NCBI GenBank assembly: GCA_963667725.2
Contig: CAXXHO010000005.1
Location: 1,024,001 to 1,088,000 of the forward strand
Reading direction: 5' to 3'
DNA: 64,000 nucleotides
Source: Treponemataceae bacterium
Lineage (GTDB): Bacteria > Spirochaetota > Spirochaetia > Treponematales > Rectinemataceae
The position numbers were made by a program, and so were the translations under genes. Below are positions 19,670-30,853 of the stretch, one piece after another. The notes below the pieces were generated by a model. It was not told the origin of the DNA, did no database searches, and was given only the letters and a program-made list of their open reading frames with translations. Each line of letters starts with the position of its first letter. Positions within the stretch are counted from its first letter, which is position 1.

Positions 19670-20344
19670 ATGCCCAACGTCGGTTTCCGCGTTTTCACCG
19701 CCATCCAGAGGCCCGATAAAGCACTCATCGAAAAATTCCGCGATGTTCCCGTCGCGAATATCTGCGACAACATGGGAAGAATCTATTCGGTTGATGCTTC
19801 CATAAAGCCCTACAACAACGTCCGCCTTCTCGGACCGGCCCTGACCGTCAAGGTGCCTCTCGGCGACAACCTTATGTTCCACAAGGCCATGGAAATGGCC
19901 CAGCCTGGCGACATCATCGCGGTCGACGGCGAAGGCTGCATGGACCACTCTCTCTGTGGCGAGATCATGATGCGTACCGCCATGAAGCGCGGAATCGCCG
20001 GTTTCATCGTCAATGGCTGCATCAGGGACGTGGAAGCCCTGCGTGACATGAACTTCGCCGTCTACGCCAAGGGCGTCCAGCCCAAGGGCCCCTACAAGAA
20101 TGGCCCCGGCGAGATCAACGTGCCCATTTGCATAGGCGGACAGGCCGTCCTGCCCGGCGACATCCTCGTGGGCGATGCCGACGGCGTTGTGGTTATCCGT
20201 CCCGCTGACGCGGCCGACGTCTACGAGAAGGCTTCCAAGCATCACAGCATGGAGGCCGAAAAGTTCAGGAAAATCGAGGAAGGAACGCTGGACAAGTCCT
20301 GGATCGCCGAGACGTTGACCAAGAAAAACTGCGAAATCATCTGA
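19670..20344 (+). CDS. RraA-like / HMG-CHA aldolase family protein
   Basis: ANICDNM, GPALTV, GDNLM, GEIM, GCIRD, PGDILVGDADGVVVI. Confidence 0.9.
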   Translation: MPNVGFRVFTAIQRPDKALIEKFRDVPVANICDNMGRIYSVDASIKPYNNVRLLGPALTVKVPLGDNLMFHKAMEMAQPGDIIAVDGEGCMDHSLCGEIMMRTAMKRGIAGFIVNGCIRDVEALRDMNFAVYAKGVQPKGPYKNGPGEINVPICIGGQAVLPGDILVGDADGVVVIRPADAADVYEKASKHHSMEAEKFRKIEEGTLDKSWIAETLTKKNCEII

Positions 20345-20373
20345 ACGCGCGAGGATAGGGAGAAAAAAAGCAC

Positions 20374-22311
20374 ATGAACGTAGTCGAAAAAATCATCGCT
20401 TCGCATCTGGTAGAAGGAGAGCTTGCCGCTGGCAGCCACATCGCGATCAGGATCGATCAGACCTTGATGCAGGACGCCCTCGGCACGATGGCCTGCCTCC
20501 AGTTCGAAGCGATGAAAATGAGACGGGTCAAGACCGAACTCTCCATCCTCTACGTGGATCACAATATGCTGCAGACGGGCTTCGAGAACGCGGATGACCA
20601 TCTGTTTCTGAGGACCTTCTGTAGGAAATACGGCCTGCGGTATTCCAGGCCGGGCAACGGGATCTGTCACCAGGTTCACCTGGAACGCTTCGGCGCGCCG
20701 GGGAAGACCCTCCTGGGCTCTGATTCGCACACGCCTACCTCGGGCGGCCTTGGCATGCTCGCCATTGGGGCGGGCGGCCTGGATGTGGCGGTGGCCATGG
20801 GTACCGCCGCCTATCACCTGACCATGCCCGCGGTCATCAGGGTCGAACTGAAGGGAAGACTGAGAGGTTCATGTGCGGCCAAGGACATCATCCTCAAGCT
20901 TCTTGGGCTTCTCAGCGTAAAAGGCGGAGTTGGTAAGGTTATCGAGTACGCGGGCGAAGGCTTGGACGACCTTTCGGTGTATGAGCGGGCGACGATAGCC
21001 AACATGGGCGCCGAACTAGGCGCCACCTCGTCGGTGTTCCCCTCGGACAAGCAGACAAAACGTTTTCTTGAGGCTCAGGGAAGGGGAGAGCCCTTCGCGG
21101 AAATCCACGCCGACGCCGACGCCGCCTACGAAAGGACGTTCACCATCGATCTGGACGAACTCGAGCCCCTCGTCGCCGCTCCGCATAGCCCCGACAACAT
21201 CGTCCCCGTCTCAGCGCTGCGGTCGGTGAAGGTGGACCAGGTATGCATCGGTTCCTGTACCAACTCATCCTACTCCGATATGATGCGGGTAGCCTCGGTA
21301 CTCAAGGGACGGACGGTGCCCGCCGACGTCTCCCTCGTCATTTCGCCGGGTTCCAAGCAGGTCCTCAATCTCCTCGCGAAGAACGGCGCTCTCTCCGACA
21401 TGATCTCGGCGGGCGCGCGCATCCTGGAGAGCGCCTGCGGTCCATGCATCGGAATGGGGCAGTCGCCCGCGAGCGGGGCGGTGTCCCTGCGCACCTTCAA
21501 CCGCAACTTCGAGAAGCGAAGCGGGACGGCCGACGCGAAGGTTTACCTTTGCAGCCCGGAGACTGCCGTCGCTTCCGCGCTCCTCGGTTGTATCAGCCCA
21601 CTGGAGGCGGTAGGCGATACTCCGCGAGTTCCGATGCCCGACCGTTTCCTTGTCGACGACAATCTAATCGAGCTACCTCCGGAATATTCGACGAAGGTCT
21701 CCATGGAAGGGCTCGAGGTGATCCGCGGCAAGAACATCAAGCCCTTTCCTATGTTCGACGCCATGGCTGAATCCATCTCCGGCGTCGTCCTCATAAAGAC
21801 GGGCGACAACGTGACAACCGACCATATAATGCCGGGCGGTGCTGACGTCCTTCCCTACCGCTCTAATATTCCGCATCTCGCGAAGTACTGTCTCGTCCGC
21901 TGCGATCTCGATTTTCCGAAGAACGCAGAGAAATACGGCGGCGGATTTATTTTGGGCGGCGCCAACTACGGCCAGGGCTCCTCGCGCGAACACGCGGCGC
22001 TCGCGCCCGTGTGGATGGGTGTCAGGGCAGTCATCGCGAAAAGCTTCTCTAGGATTCACAAGGCCAATCTGATCAATTCAGGTATCATCCCCCTGGAATT
22101 CGCCGATCCCGCGGACTACGACCGCGTCGAAAAGCTGGACGAGCTTGCCTTTGAAAACATCAGGAATGCCCTGCTGCAAGCCGAAACCGTCGAGGTGTAT
22201 GATCGCACGAAGGGATTCTCTTTCCTTCTGAAATGCGATATTTCGGAACGCGAGCGCGGAATCCTGGTGGCGGGCGGCATGGTAAGATACGTACAGTCGG
22301 GGCGAATTTAG
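20374..22311 (+). CDS. Aconitate hydratase-family Fe-S hydro-lyase
   Basis: DHN, GICHQ, GSDSHT, IGSCTNS, CGPCIG, TTDHI, NYGQGSSREHA. Confidence 0.95.
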   Translation: MNVVEKIIASHLVEGELAAGSHIAIRIDQTLMQDALGTMACLQFEAMKMRRVKTELSILYVDHNMLQTGFENADDHLFLRTFCRKYGLRYSRPGNGICHQVHLERFGAPGKTLLGSDSHTPTSGGLGMLAIGAGGLDVAVAMGTAAYHLTMPAVIRVELKGRLRGSCAAKDIILKLLGLLSVKGGVGKVIEYAGEGLDDLSVYERATIANMGAELGATSSVFPSDKQTKRFLEAQGRGEPFAEIHADADAAYERTFTIDLDELEPLVAAPHSPDNIVPVSALRSVKVDQVCIGSCTNSSYSDMMRVASVLKGRTVPADVSLVISPGSKQVLNLLAKNGALSDMISAGARILESACGPCIGMGQSPASGAVSLRTFNRNFEKRSGTADAKVYLCSPETAVASALLGCISPLEAVGDTPRVPMPDRFLVDDNLIELPPEYSTKVSMEGLEVIRGKNIKPFPMFDAMAESISGVVLIKTGDNVTTDHIMPGGADVLPYRSNIPHLAKYCLVRCDLDFPKNAEKYGGGFILGGANYGQGSSREHAALAPVWMGVRAVIAKSFSRIHKANLINSGIIPLEFADPADYDRVEKLDELAFENIRNALLQAETVEVYDRTKGFSFLLKCDISERERGILVAGGMVRYVQSGRI

Positions 22312-22360
22312 GGCTTAGGTTAAAGTTGAGGCTAAGGCCGCGAGGCGAGCGGCGCCCCGA

Positions 22361-22744
22361 TCACTTTAGAATGCCCTTGATGGTGCCGTAAGGCCAGGCC
22401 TGTATGCCTCCAAGGTCCAGCACTTTTTTGTAGCCAAGGGCGACGAGGGATGCCGCGGCCGCCGCGCTTCTCCGCCCCGTGCGGCAGTAGACAATGACTG
22501 TTCTATCTTTGGATCCGATGATCTGGGCGGCGCTTTTGGCCGTAATCTGGTCGTAGGGCAGGAGGATCGAGCCGGCTATATGTCCCTCGAGGAATTCTTC
22601 CTGGGTTCGAACGTCCAGAAGCAGAACATCCTTGCCGCTCGCTAAAAGCTCCTTGGCGGCCTTCGGGCTTATAAGAGAAGACTGGGCGAAGGCGGAAGCC
22701 GCCAGGGCGATCGCCAAAAGCAATGCTATACCGATTTTTCTCAT
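22361..22744 (-). CDS. Secreted rhodanese-like protein
   Basis: Signal peptide; LLDVRT, GHIAG, YCRTGRRS, LGGIQAW. Confidence 0.9.
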   Translation of the reverse strand: MRKIGIALLLAIALAASAFAQSSLISPKAAKELLASGKDVLLLDVRTQEEFLEGHIAGSILLPYDQITAKSAAQIIGSKDRTVIVYCRTGRRSAAAAASLVALGYKKVLDLGGIQAWPYGTIKGILK

Positions 22745-22901
22745 AGTTGACCTCTTTCGTAAGCGATAAGATACCTATGAAGAGGGGCGACCACCAAAAC
22801 CGCTAAGATCACCATGGGCTGAAGAGGAGAAGGTCGATGAGGCCGTGGTCCGCGGGCCGTAGGCTGCGGACCGGTAGCTGGTAGCTGGTAGCCAGCGGTT
22901 T

Positions 22902-23870
22902 CTATTCCGGCTTTTTCTTATTGAGCGCGTGGCAGGCGCAGAAATGCCTGTCGCCGTACTCGAGCATGGGCGGCTCCTCGCGTTTACAGAGGTCGAAGGC
23001 GTAAGCGCAGCGCGTGTGGAAACGGCAGCCGGCCGGCGGAGAGACGGGTGAGGGCGCGTCTCCTTCAAGCAGTATCCGCTCTTCCTGCCTGTCGGGATCG
23101 GGAACGGGAATGGCGGAAAGCAGGGCCTGCGTATAGGGGTGTAGGGGTTTGGCGAAGAGCGCCCGCTTGTCGGCGGTCTCGACGATTTTGCCCAGGTACA
23201 TGACGCATATTCTGTCGGATATATGTTTGACGACCGAAAGGTCGTGGGCGATGAAGAGATAGGTAAGCCCGCAGCTACGCTGCAGATCCTTGAGGAGATT
23301 GATGATCTGCGCCTGAATGGACACGTCCAGGGCTGAGACGGGCTCGTCGCATATGATGAGTCGCGGCTCCACGGCAAGCGCGCGGGCTATCCCGATTCTC
23401 TGACGTTGGCCGCCCGAAAATTCGTGTGGATAACGGTCGGCATGCGACGCGTCGAGGCCGACCATCTTTAAAAGTTCCTGAACTCTAGGCTTCATTTGGT
23501 TCCGGGCGACGAGGTTATGCACCAGAAGAGGTTCGCCGATGATTTCGCCCACCGTCATTCGCGGGTCGAGGGAGGCGAAGGGGTCTTGGAAGACGATCTG
23601 CACCTTTCTCCTGAAAGCCTTCATGTCGCTTTTCTGGATCGTGAAAATGTCCTTGCCCTCGAAGCGTGCCGACCCCGATGTCGGGTCTTCAAGACGAATC
23701 AGCACTTTTCCGGTCGTCGATTTTCCGCAGCCGGATTCTCCCACCATGCCGAGGGTTTCGCCCTCCAGGATGCCGAACGAAATGCCGTCGACCGCTTTTA
23801 CCGAGCCGGCCGGGGAAGGAAAGTGTTTGACCAGATCTTTCACTTCCAGAATCGCCGCGCCTTCCTTCAT
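22902..23870 (-). CDS. oppF: Oligopeptide ABC transporter ATPase
   Basis: [37 protein letters not shown]. Confidence 0.92.
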   Translation of the reverse strand: MKEGAAILEVKDLVKHFPSPAGSVKAVDGISFGILEGETLGMVGESGCGKSTTGKVLIRLEDPTSGSARFEGKDIFTIQKSDMKAFRRKVQIVFQDPFASLDPRMTVGEIIGEPLLVHNLVARNQMKPRVQELLKMVGLDASHADRYPHEFSGGQRQRIGIARALAVEPRLIICDEPVSALDVSIQAQIINLLKDLQRSCGLTYLFIAHDLSVVKHISDRICVMYLGKIVETADKRALFAKPLHPYTQALLSAIPVPDPDRQEERILLEGDAPSPVSPPAGCRFHTRCAYAFDLCKREEPPMLEYGDRHFCACHALNKKKPE

Positions 23871-24859
23871 TTCGCTATTCCTCCGTCTGTCGATGCGTTC
23901 CAGCAAGCCACGGCGCGTTTTTCCGCGGCGAAAGGTACCAGGGGGGGGGCTTCGGTCTTGCAGCGCTCAGTCGCGCGGACGCAGCGCGGGCAGAATGCGC
24001 AGCCTGAGGGCATCTCCTGCTGGTTCGGCACGACTCCCTCGATCGCTTGAAGTCGCTCAACCTCTTGGTCGATGCGGGGAATGGACTGGAGCAGGCCGAT
24101 GGTATAGGGATGTCTCGCGTCCTTGAAGATATTCCTGACATCGGCTTTCTCCACGATTTTTCCCGCGTACATGACGACGACATCGTCAGCGAGGCCGGCG
24201 ACCACGCCCAGATCATGGGTGATGAGAATTATAGAGGCGCCGAATTCAGAGCGCATTTTCTTCATGAGATCTATTATCTGGGCTTGTATGGTGACGTCGA
24301 GGGCTGTCGTCGGTTCGTCGGCGATGAGAAGTTTAGAGTTGCACGACAGAGCCATGGCGATCATCACTCGCTGACGCATGCCGCCTGAGAGCTGGTGCGG
24401 ATAGGAGTCCATGCGTTTTTCGGGCATGGGGATGCCCACGCGCACGAGCATTTCTATCGCCTTTTTCCTGGCTTCGGCGGCGCCGATCTTTTGATGCAGG
24501 AGGATGGCCTCCGATATCTGGGATCCAACCTTCATGATGGGATTCAGGCTCGTCATGGGTTCCTGAAAAATCATGGAGATGTCGTTTCCCCTGATGCCGC
24601 GCATCTGTTTTTCGGTTTTCGCGAGCAGATCCTTGCCCTCGAAAACGATGCTGCCGCTCACGATCTTGCCGGGCGGGTTCGGGATCAGGCGCATGATCGA
24701 AAGCGATGTCACGCTTTTTCCACAGCCGGACTCTCCCACGATGCCCAAGGTCTTCCCTCTTTCGAGGTTGAAGCTGATGCCGTCCACGGCTTTTACGACA
24801 CCTTCCTCGGTCCTGAAATAAGTCTTCAGGTCCTTCACTTCGAGCAAATTGTCGGCCAT
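23867..24859 (-). CDS. oppD: Oligopeptide ABC transporter ATPase
   Basis: [33 protein letters not shown]. Confidence 0.92.
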   Translation of the reverse strand: MADNLLEVKDLKTYFRTEEGVVKAVDGISFNLERGKTLGIVGESGCGKSVTSLSIMRLIPNPPGKIVSGSIVFEGKDLLAKTEKQMRGIRGNDISMIFQEPMTSLNPIMKVGSQISEAILLHQKIGAAEARKKAIEMLVRVGIPMPEKRMDSYPHQLSGGMRQRVMIAMALSCNSKLLIADEPTTALDVTIQAQIIDLMKKMRSEFGASIILITHDLGVVAGLADDVVVMYAGKIVEKADVRNIFKDARHPYTIGLLQSIPRIDQEVERLQAIEGVVPNQQEMPSGCAFCPRCVRATERCKTEAPPLVPFAAEKRAVACWNASTDGGIAK

Positions 24860-24870
24860 GATCCCCTCCA

Positions 24871-26220
24871 TCAAAGCCCCAGTCCGTTGAGCACGGCCAG
24901 GAGGGCGCCGTACTGAATCTGGACGAGATCGCGTATCGCGACAGTGCCGTAGTCAAGCGCTGTTCCGATCTCATCCATCATGGCGTCGATCTTCGCGTCT
25001 AGCGTTTTGTAGGCTTCTTCAATGACGGAATTGTATTCCTTGGCCAATTGGGCCTTGAGCGCCCTGCGGTACATCGAAATGATGATCCCCTGATAGAAGG
25101 GAGTGATGTAGAGGGCATGGGCTTCCTGTGCCACCGTCGCTTCCTCCTCCATGATTTCCTTGGACATCGCCCAGGCTTTTTCGCCGTCCATCCTGTTCAG
25201 CATCTGCCCAATGAAGCTGGCGGAAGCGTCGCGCAGAACGGGTTCCTCGGTGAGCAGCGCCAGAGTGTCGTCCACCACCTTTTTGGCGAAGGTCAGCAGG
25301 GCGCGCGAGCGCTCGATGCCGTCCAGCACCACAGTACCGCGTTTTTTGCCCATGGGACTTGTGTCGGCGATCTTGGCGGTCTTGAAATAAGGAACCTCCG
25401 CGATGAGGGTGAAAGGTTTGCTGACTGTTTCCGCGTAATCCCTCGAGGATCCTCCGCCGAACATATACTTCGCGGGATCGCCTTTGCCGAATTTTTCGAA
25501 ATAATCGTACGCGTCGCTGGCGAAGTTGGTGGCGTAGACGGCGGGATACAGCTCTTTGCAGTAGGGGGCCTCAGGCTCTCCAAGGGAAAGCGACAGCCCG
25601 CGTTCGGTGGGCAGGCGATGAAAGTCGGCGTAGGCCGACTCGAGTGGCCGCGAAATATAGTAATAGGCGCCGCCAAATCCGGAATTGTGAAGCGAGTACA
25701 TGACAGCCGGCCTTGTGATGTCGATAGCCTTCATGAGCGCCTTCGTTTCGGGAATCGGCTTGTCGAACTTAAAGGTTTTATATTCCACAGGAAAGGTCCA
25801 TTCGGCCTGGTCGTCTCCCCTCGGCCTGTAGAAATCGCGGGCATAGTTCTTGAGCGTGTATGGCCCTTTGAACCAGCCCTCGTTGCGTCTCGTGCCGTCA
25901 GGGTCGATGCAGGGAATGATATTCCAGGTCCTCCCCTCGCGCATCTCGGGGCTGGCCGCGAGTTCGTCGAGGAGGAAATATGCCATCATCGCGCCGATAG
26001 GCTCGTTCGGATGAGGCGAGGCGAAAAGAAGTATGGAAGTCGGGCCATTTCCCACCGTGACCATGGGAATCTTCTCCCCGTTTTTGGATTGGCCTACATA
26101 GGTCAGGCGGCAGAAGCCGGGATTGGCCTCAGCCACGCGTGTCGCGTGGCCGTAAAGCTCGTCAGTTCCGTAGAATTGGGTGAAGGCGGGCACGCGGGAA
26201 AGTCTTTCATCTATAGTCAT
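24871..26220 (-). CDS. M14-family zinc carboxypeptidase
   Basis: HPNE zinc motif, DPDG, SLHN, AEVPY; embedded in the opp operon. Confidence 0.85.
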   Translation of the reverse strand: MTIDERLSRVPAFTQFYGTDELYGHATRVAEANPGFCRLTYVGQSKNGEKIPMVTVGNGPTSILLFASPHPNEPIGAMMAYFLLDELAASPEMREGRTWNIIPCIDPDGTRRNEGWFKGPYTLKNYARDFYRPRGDDQAEWTFPVEYKTFKFDKPIPETKALMKAIDITRPAVMYSLHNSGFGGAYYYISRPLESAYADFHRLPTERGLSLSLGEPEAPYCKELYPAVYATNFASDAYDYFEKFGKGDPAKYMFGGGSSRDYAETVSKPFTLIAEVPYFKTAKIADTSPMGKKRGTVVLDGIERSRALLTFAKKVVDDTLALLTEEPVLRDASASFIGQMLNRMDGEKAWAMSKEIMEEEATVAQEAHALYITPFYQGIIISMYRRALKAQLAKEYNSVIEEAYKTLDAKIDAMMDEIGTALDYGTVAIRDLVQIQYGALLAVLNGLGL

Positions 26221-26230
26221 GGAAGCGCTC

Positions 26231-27103
26231 CTATTTAAGCTGTTTCGAGAGGCGTGGGTCGAGCGTATCGCGCAACGCGTCGCCTATGAAGTTGAAGCTC
26301 AGCACGACCAGGAAAATGCATAGTCCTGGCCAGAGAATCATGTCGGAATTGAGGAGTATGTAATCCTTGCCCTCGTTCACCATTGAGCCCCATTCGGGCG
26401 TCGGCTGCTGGACGCCGAAACCGAGGAAGCCCAGCGCCGCCGAGGAGAGGATCGCGCCCGGAATTCCCAAGGTCGCCTGCACGATTATGGGGGTAATGGT
26501 GTTGGGCATTATGTGCCTGAATATGATGCGCGCGTCGCCGCAGCCGGTCGTCTTGGCCGCCTGGATATACTCGATATTCCTGAGCGAAAGCACCTGCCCC
26601 CGCACGAGCCTGGCGTAGCTGGGCCAATGCACGAGCCCCAGCACCCACATGACATTGAAGATGCTCGGTCCGAGTATGGCCATCACCGCTATGACGAGGA
26701 TGAGGAAGGGAAAGGAATAGAATACTTCCACGAGGCGCATGACGGTGAAATCCACCCATCCGCCATAATAGCCGGAGAGAAGTCCTAAAATCGTTCCGAC
26801 AACGGCGGCCAACGTCACTACGACGATGCCGATGAGTAGGGAGATGCGCGCCCCGTAGGCTAGCCGCGAGAAGGTGTCTCTGCCGAAATTGTCGGTGCCC
26901 AGCAGATGCCCGCCGCTTCCCGCCGGCACGAAGGCATGCTCCAGATCCATGGTATAGGGGTCGAAACGCACCAGCGCCGGGGCGAATACCGCGATTACGA
27001 TAAAGGCGGACAACGCGATCAGACCGACTATGCCCAACTTATGGCGGGCGAAAACCTTGAGGAGCCGCGGCGCGCCGGAGAATATAGTGTTCCGTTTTTT
27101 CAT
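26231..27103 (-). CDS. oppC: Oligopeptide ABC permease
   Basis: HLLGTDNFGRD, YGARISL, ARLVRG, PEWG. Confidence 0.93.
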   Translation of the reverse strand: MKKRNTIFSGAPRLLKVFARHKLGIVGLIALSAFIVIAVFAPALVRFDPYTMDLEHAFVPAGSGGHLLGTDNFGRDTFSRLAYGARISLLIGIVVVTLAAVVGTILGLLSGYYGGWVDFTVMRLVEVFYSFPFLILVIAVMAILGPSIFNVMWVLGLVHWPSYARLVRGQVLSLRNIEYIQAAKTTGCGDARIIFRHIMPNTITPIIVQATLGIPGAILSSAALGFLGFGVQQPTPEWGSMVNEGKDYILLNSDMILWPGLCIFLVVLSFNFIGDALRDTLDPRLSKQLK

Positions 27104-27104
27104 A

Positions 27105-28052
27105 TCAATCGTACCTGATCCTCGGATCTATGAAGACATACAGAATATCCACGATGAGCATGACCGCCACAAAGCAGACCGCGAACACGAGCACCGTCCC
27201 CTGGATGAGCGGGAGGTCCCTGAATTTTACGGCGTTCATGGCCAGCATGCCGAGTCCGGGCAGGGAGAAAATCGTCTCTATGATGACGGCGCCGCCCAGC
27301 AGCGAGCCGAACTGCATGCCGAAGGTCGTAAGTATCGGAAGGAAGGCGTTCGGAAAGGCGTGTTTGAAAAGCACGCCCATTTCGCTCTGACCCTTGGCTC
27401 TGGCAGTCCTCGCGAAGTCCTGGCCCAGCGCTTCGATCATCGTGGCGCGTGTGAGCCTCGTGAGAATGCCCGCCATGCTGCTCCCCAGGGTGATCGAGGG
27501 CAGAATGAGATAGCGTATCTGTTTCAGGAAGGTTGAATCGTAGGTAGGGAGTCCGCGTATGGGGAGCCAGCCCAGCCTTAGGCCGAAAAAGAGTATGAGG
27601 AGAAGTCCCAGATAGAAAGAAGGCATCGAAACGCCCACCAGCGCTATGGCCGTGGCGGAATAATCGAAAATGGACCTGCGCCGCGCCGCAGCGAGCACTC
27701 CAAGGGGGATGGCGATGCACAGGGAGACGAAGCAGGAAAAAATAGTCAACTTGAAGGTGTTCCCGATTTTTTCGCCGATCATCTCGGCCACGGGCCGGTT
27801 GAACTGCACGGATCGCCCCATGTCGCCTTTCACGAGTTTTCCCATGTACGACACATACTGAACATACCAGGGGCGATCGAGTCCGAGCTCGGCCTTTAGC
27901 TTCGCCACATTCTCGACGTTGACCGTTTCATTGCTGAGCATGAGGCTTATCGAATCGCCCGGGGCGAAAGAGACTAACGCGAAAACTATGAAGGAGATGC
28001 CGACGAGAACCGGGATGGTCGTCAGGATCCTTCGAGCGAGGTATTTACCCAT
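27105..28052 (-). CDS. oppB: Oligopeptide ABC permease
   Basis: LGLDRP, TARAKG, IETIFSLPGLG, DPRI. Confidence 0.93.
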   Translation of the reverse strand: MGKYLARRILTTIPVLVGISFIVFALVSFAPGDSISLMLSNETVNVENVAKLKAELGLDRPWYVQYVSYMGKLVKGDMGRSVQFNRPVAEMIGEKIGNTFKLTIFSCFVSLCIAIPLGVLAAARRRSIFDYSATAIALVGVSMPSFYLGLLLILFFGLRLGWLPIRGLPTYDSTFLKQIRYLILPSITLGSSMAGILTRLTRATMIEALGQDFARTARAKGQSEMGVLFKHAFPNAFLPILTTFGMQFGSLLGGAVIIETIFSLPGLGMLAMNAVKFRDLPLIQGTVLVFAVCFVAVMLIVDILYVFIDPRIRYD

Positions 28053-28124
28053 TCTTCCTCTCCAAGCCCGAGGACCCGCCCCGGGCCGCCAATGCGACCC
28101 GGGATCGAGCCTATGGAAGTTTTT

Positions 28125-29705
28125 CTATTTATTGAGCCAGACGTTGTTTTCCGACGAGACGAGAGTCAAGCCGCCCCACGGAGGCACAAAGTCCACCACT
28201 TTCTTGCTCGCCACCGCATAGCTGTATTCGAAATAGAGCGGTATGCCGACCGTGTCCTTGAATACGAGGCGCTGGGCTTTCTTCCACAGGGAAGAGAGCT
28301 CGTCGAACTTTACCTTCGTCAAGGCTTCGTCCAGGAGCTTGTTGACTTCCGGATTGTTGTAGAAGTGCGTGTTCGCGGCTCCGATCATGCTTCCGTGGAA
28401 GAGCGAATGGAATCCGGTGGTACCCGCGAAGCTGTAGTCGAAGAAGACGGTGGTGTTGCCCTTGAGAAGATCGTCAGCCCAGACGGCCGTGTCCTGGGTG
28501 AGCACGCTCGCGTTGATGCCCTTTTCGCGCAGCTGCGTCGCGAGAATGGTGAGCGCCTTGACCTGCGAACCGGCCAGCGTCTTGATCTCGATCTTGAAGG
28601 GTTTTCCGTTGAGATCGAGGAAACCGTCGCCGTCCTGATCCTTGAAGCCGTTGGCGGCCAGGATCTTGAGGCCTTGCGCGGGATCATAGCTCCAGAGGTC
28701 TTTCAGCGAGGGGTCGTAGCCGAAGGGAACCCAGGGCGGAACCTGGCCGTAGGCGCGTTCGCCGTGGTCGCCGATGATCGCTTTGTAGGCGGTATCGATA
28801 TCCAGAAGCATGGAGAGGGCTTTTCTGACTGCCGGGTTGTTATAGGGCGCGACTGTCGTATTGAAGCCGAGACCGCGGTACGAACCACCGCCCGATTTCA
28901 CGACGTTGAATTTGGCGTTTTTCTCGAAACTGTCGGCCATCTCGAGATTGAAGAGGTGCTTGATCACATCGATCTCGCCCGACTGGAGCGCGATGGACTG
29001 GGCCAGAGGATCTGGAATGACCACGAATTCCACCGCGTCGAGATATACGGGCAGGCGATAGAAGGCGTTTTTTACCAGAAGCAGGCCGGAGTCCGGGGAA
29101 AAGCTCTTGAATTTGTATGGACCGCTGCCGATCGGATGTTTCGCGAAGCCGTCTTCGCCCAGCTTGTCGATGGCTTCCTTGGGGATTATGCACATGCGGC
29201 AGAGCCTGTTGGGGTCGTTGACCAGGAAGGGCTGGGGCGTCTTGGTGGTGATTTCCACGGTATAACGATCGAGCGCCTTCACGCCGGTGATAGGGCCCAG
29301 GGTGTAGGCTGTGCTCGTCTTCTGCATGAACTCAATGGAGTAAACCACGTCGTCGGCGGTGACTTCCCGGCGCGTACCCTTGGGGAAGACCGGGTTGTCG
29401 TCATGGAAGAGAACGCCTTTCTTGATCGAGAATACCCAGGTGAGCGGATCGGGATTGGTCCATTTTTCGGCGAGCGATGGTATCGGCTTAAAATCATCCT
29501 TGCTGAGAATGAACAGCGTGTCGAAGATCACGCTTTGGGAATCCGTGATATCGTTCGCGGCGGTCTTGTAGAGCTGGAGGCTCTGAAGACTTGACGCGGC
29601 GACCTTCAATGTACCGCCCGATCTTGGCGTTGCCCCAAAGGCGGCTGTCGCGCCTCCCAGAAGCAGGGCTGTTAAAACGATTGCCGCAAAGGTTTTTCTG
29701 AACAA
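28125..29705 (-). CDS. oppA: Oligopeptide ABC substrate-binding protein (family 5)
   Basis: TTG start after CAGGAGG; signal peptide; PSLAEKW, VTADDVVYS, PIGSGPYKF. Confidence 0.9.
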   Translation of the reverse strand: MFRKTFAAIVLTALLLGGATAAFGATPRSGGTLKVAASSLQSLQLYKTAANDITDSQSVIFDTLFILSKDDFKPIPSLAEKWTNPDPLTWVFSIKKGVLFHDDNPVFPKGTRREVTADDVVYSIEFMQKTSTAYTLGPITGVKALDRYTVEITTKTPQPFLVNDPNRLCRMCIIPKEAIDKLGEDGFAKHPIGSGPYKFKSFSPDSGLLLVKNAFYRLPVYLDAVEFVVIPDPLAQSIALQSGEIDVIKHLFNLEMADSFEKNAKFNVVKSGGGSYRGLGFNTTVAPYNNPAVRKALSMLLDIDTAYKAIIGDHGERAYGQVPPWVPFGYDPSLKDLWSYDPAQGLKILAANGFKDQDGDGFLDLNGKPFKIEIKTLAGSQVKALTILATQLREKGINASVLTQDTAVWADDLLKGNTTVFFDYSFAGTTGFHSLFHGSMIGAANTHFYNNPEVNKLLDEALTKVKFDELSSLWKKAQRLVFKDTVGIPLYFEYSYAVASKKVVDFVPPWGGLTLVSSENNVWLNK

Positions 29706-30121
29706 TTCGAGACCTCCTGATAGACGATATATGCGGCGATACACACCGCGCAAAGCCCGAAGGATATACTTTGCCATTGAATAACCGAAGTGTCGGGGTC
29801 TATGCCTGACCGAATATTTATCCAACGGCTATATGCAAATCAGCATATATTTTAAGTTATGCGATTAAAGAACGAACCTTATCGAATATACTCTACCAGA
29901 AGGCTCTGCAATGCAATAGAAACCGAGCGAAAAGTTTATGGTTTACATCATCTATTTTGCATTTTTATAAGGAAAGGAAGTTGTTCGAGGCAGAGGAAGG
30001 ACATTCGGCGAACGCCAAGAATTTCGCCCGGCGCCACCTTCGATCGGCAATCCTTTATCGAGACAGAAACAGTTTCGTCCGGTGATTTTTGTGCTATTAT
30101 TTAATGGGGGAAGGAGAGTTC

Positions 30122-30823
30122 ATGAAAAAGTTGGCTTTTTTCATATTCATCGCGGTAATGTTGGCGTCCTGTTCGACGACCAAAACCCTTGTCATGCAGA
30201 TCGACAGCATCGGAAGGGATGCTTCTCCGGGGAAACGTGACTATATTTTCGTTCCGACGGATTCCAGCATAAAAACCGGTGACCTCCGCTTCGAGAAATA
30301 CACGGGCTATATCGAAAAGGTCCTTTCGAGAAAAGGGTACAGGAAGGTCTCGGCCGCGGAAGACGCGAATATCATCGTCTATGTGATGTATGGCGTCGGC
30401 GAGCCGCAGGAGCATCAATACGCGTACCGCGTGCCGGTGTTCGGGCTTGTCCCCTCCCTGCCGAAATCCCCGCCGCCTCCGCCTTACGGCCATAACCCGC
30501 CGCCGCCCAATCCGCCGTACCCGCCCATCAGGTCATACAGTCCGACCTTCGGGATCATCGGCTCCTCGACGCATTACGAAACCTATACGACCTATTTCCG
30601 CTACTGCAAGATCGAAGCCTTCGACTTCGACCTGCTGCGGGCAAACAATGTCGAAAGGCAGCTCTGGTCCACCATCATAACGAGCACGGGGCGCGAAAGC
30701 GATCTCAGGCAGATCATGCCCCATCTGATCGCGGGAGCCGAGGACTATATCGCTACCGATACGGGCCGCAAGATAGAGATCCAGGTCGAAATCGACGACG
30801 AGGAGATTCTGGCGTACAACTGA
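30122..30823 (+). CDS. Lipoprotein, DUF4136-like, with Pro-rich insertion
   Basis: GGAG RBS; lipobox LAS-C; PKSPPPPPYGHNPPPPNPPYPP segment. Confidence 0.7.
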   Translation: MKKLAFFIFIAVMLASCSTTKTLVMQIDSIGRDASPGKRDYIFVPTDSSIKTGDLRFEKYTGYIEKVLSRKGYRKVSAAEDANIIVYVMYGVGEPQEHQYAYRVPVFGLVPSLPKSPPPPPYGHNPPPPNPPYPPIRSYSPTFGIIGSSTHYETYTTYFRYCKIEAFDFDLLRANNVERQLWSTIITSTGRESDLRQIMPHLIAGAEDYIATDTGRKIEIQVEIDDEEILAYN

Positions 30824-30853
30824 CGTTTGGTCGCGATGCCTGATTTCATGGCT

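Noticed and set aside
12193..22311. Canonical 2-methylcitrate (prp) operon
   Set aside because: prpB, prpC and prpD/prpE are absent from the cluster.
22775..23377. 200-aa alternative-frame ORF overlapping oppF
   Set aside because: Same-strand out-of-frame shadow with Ser/Pro/Arg-rich composition and no RBS.
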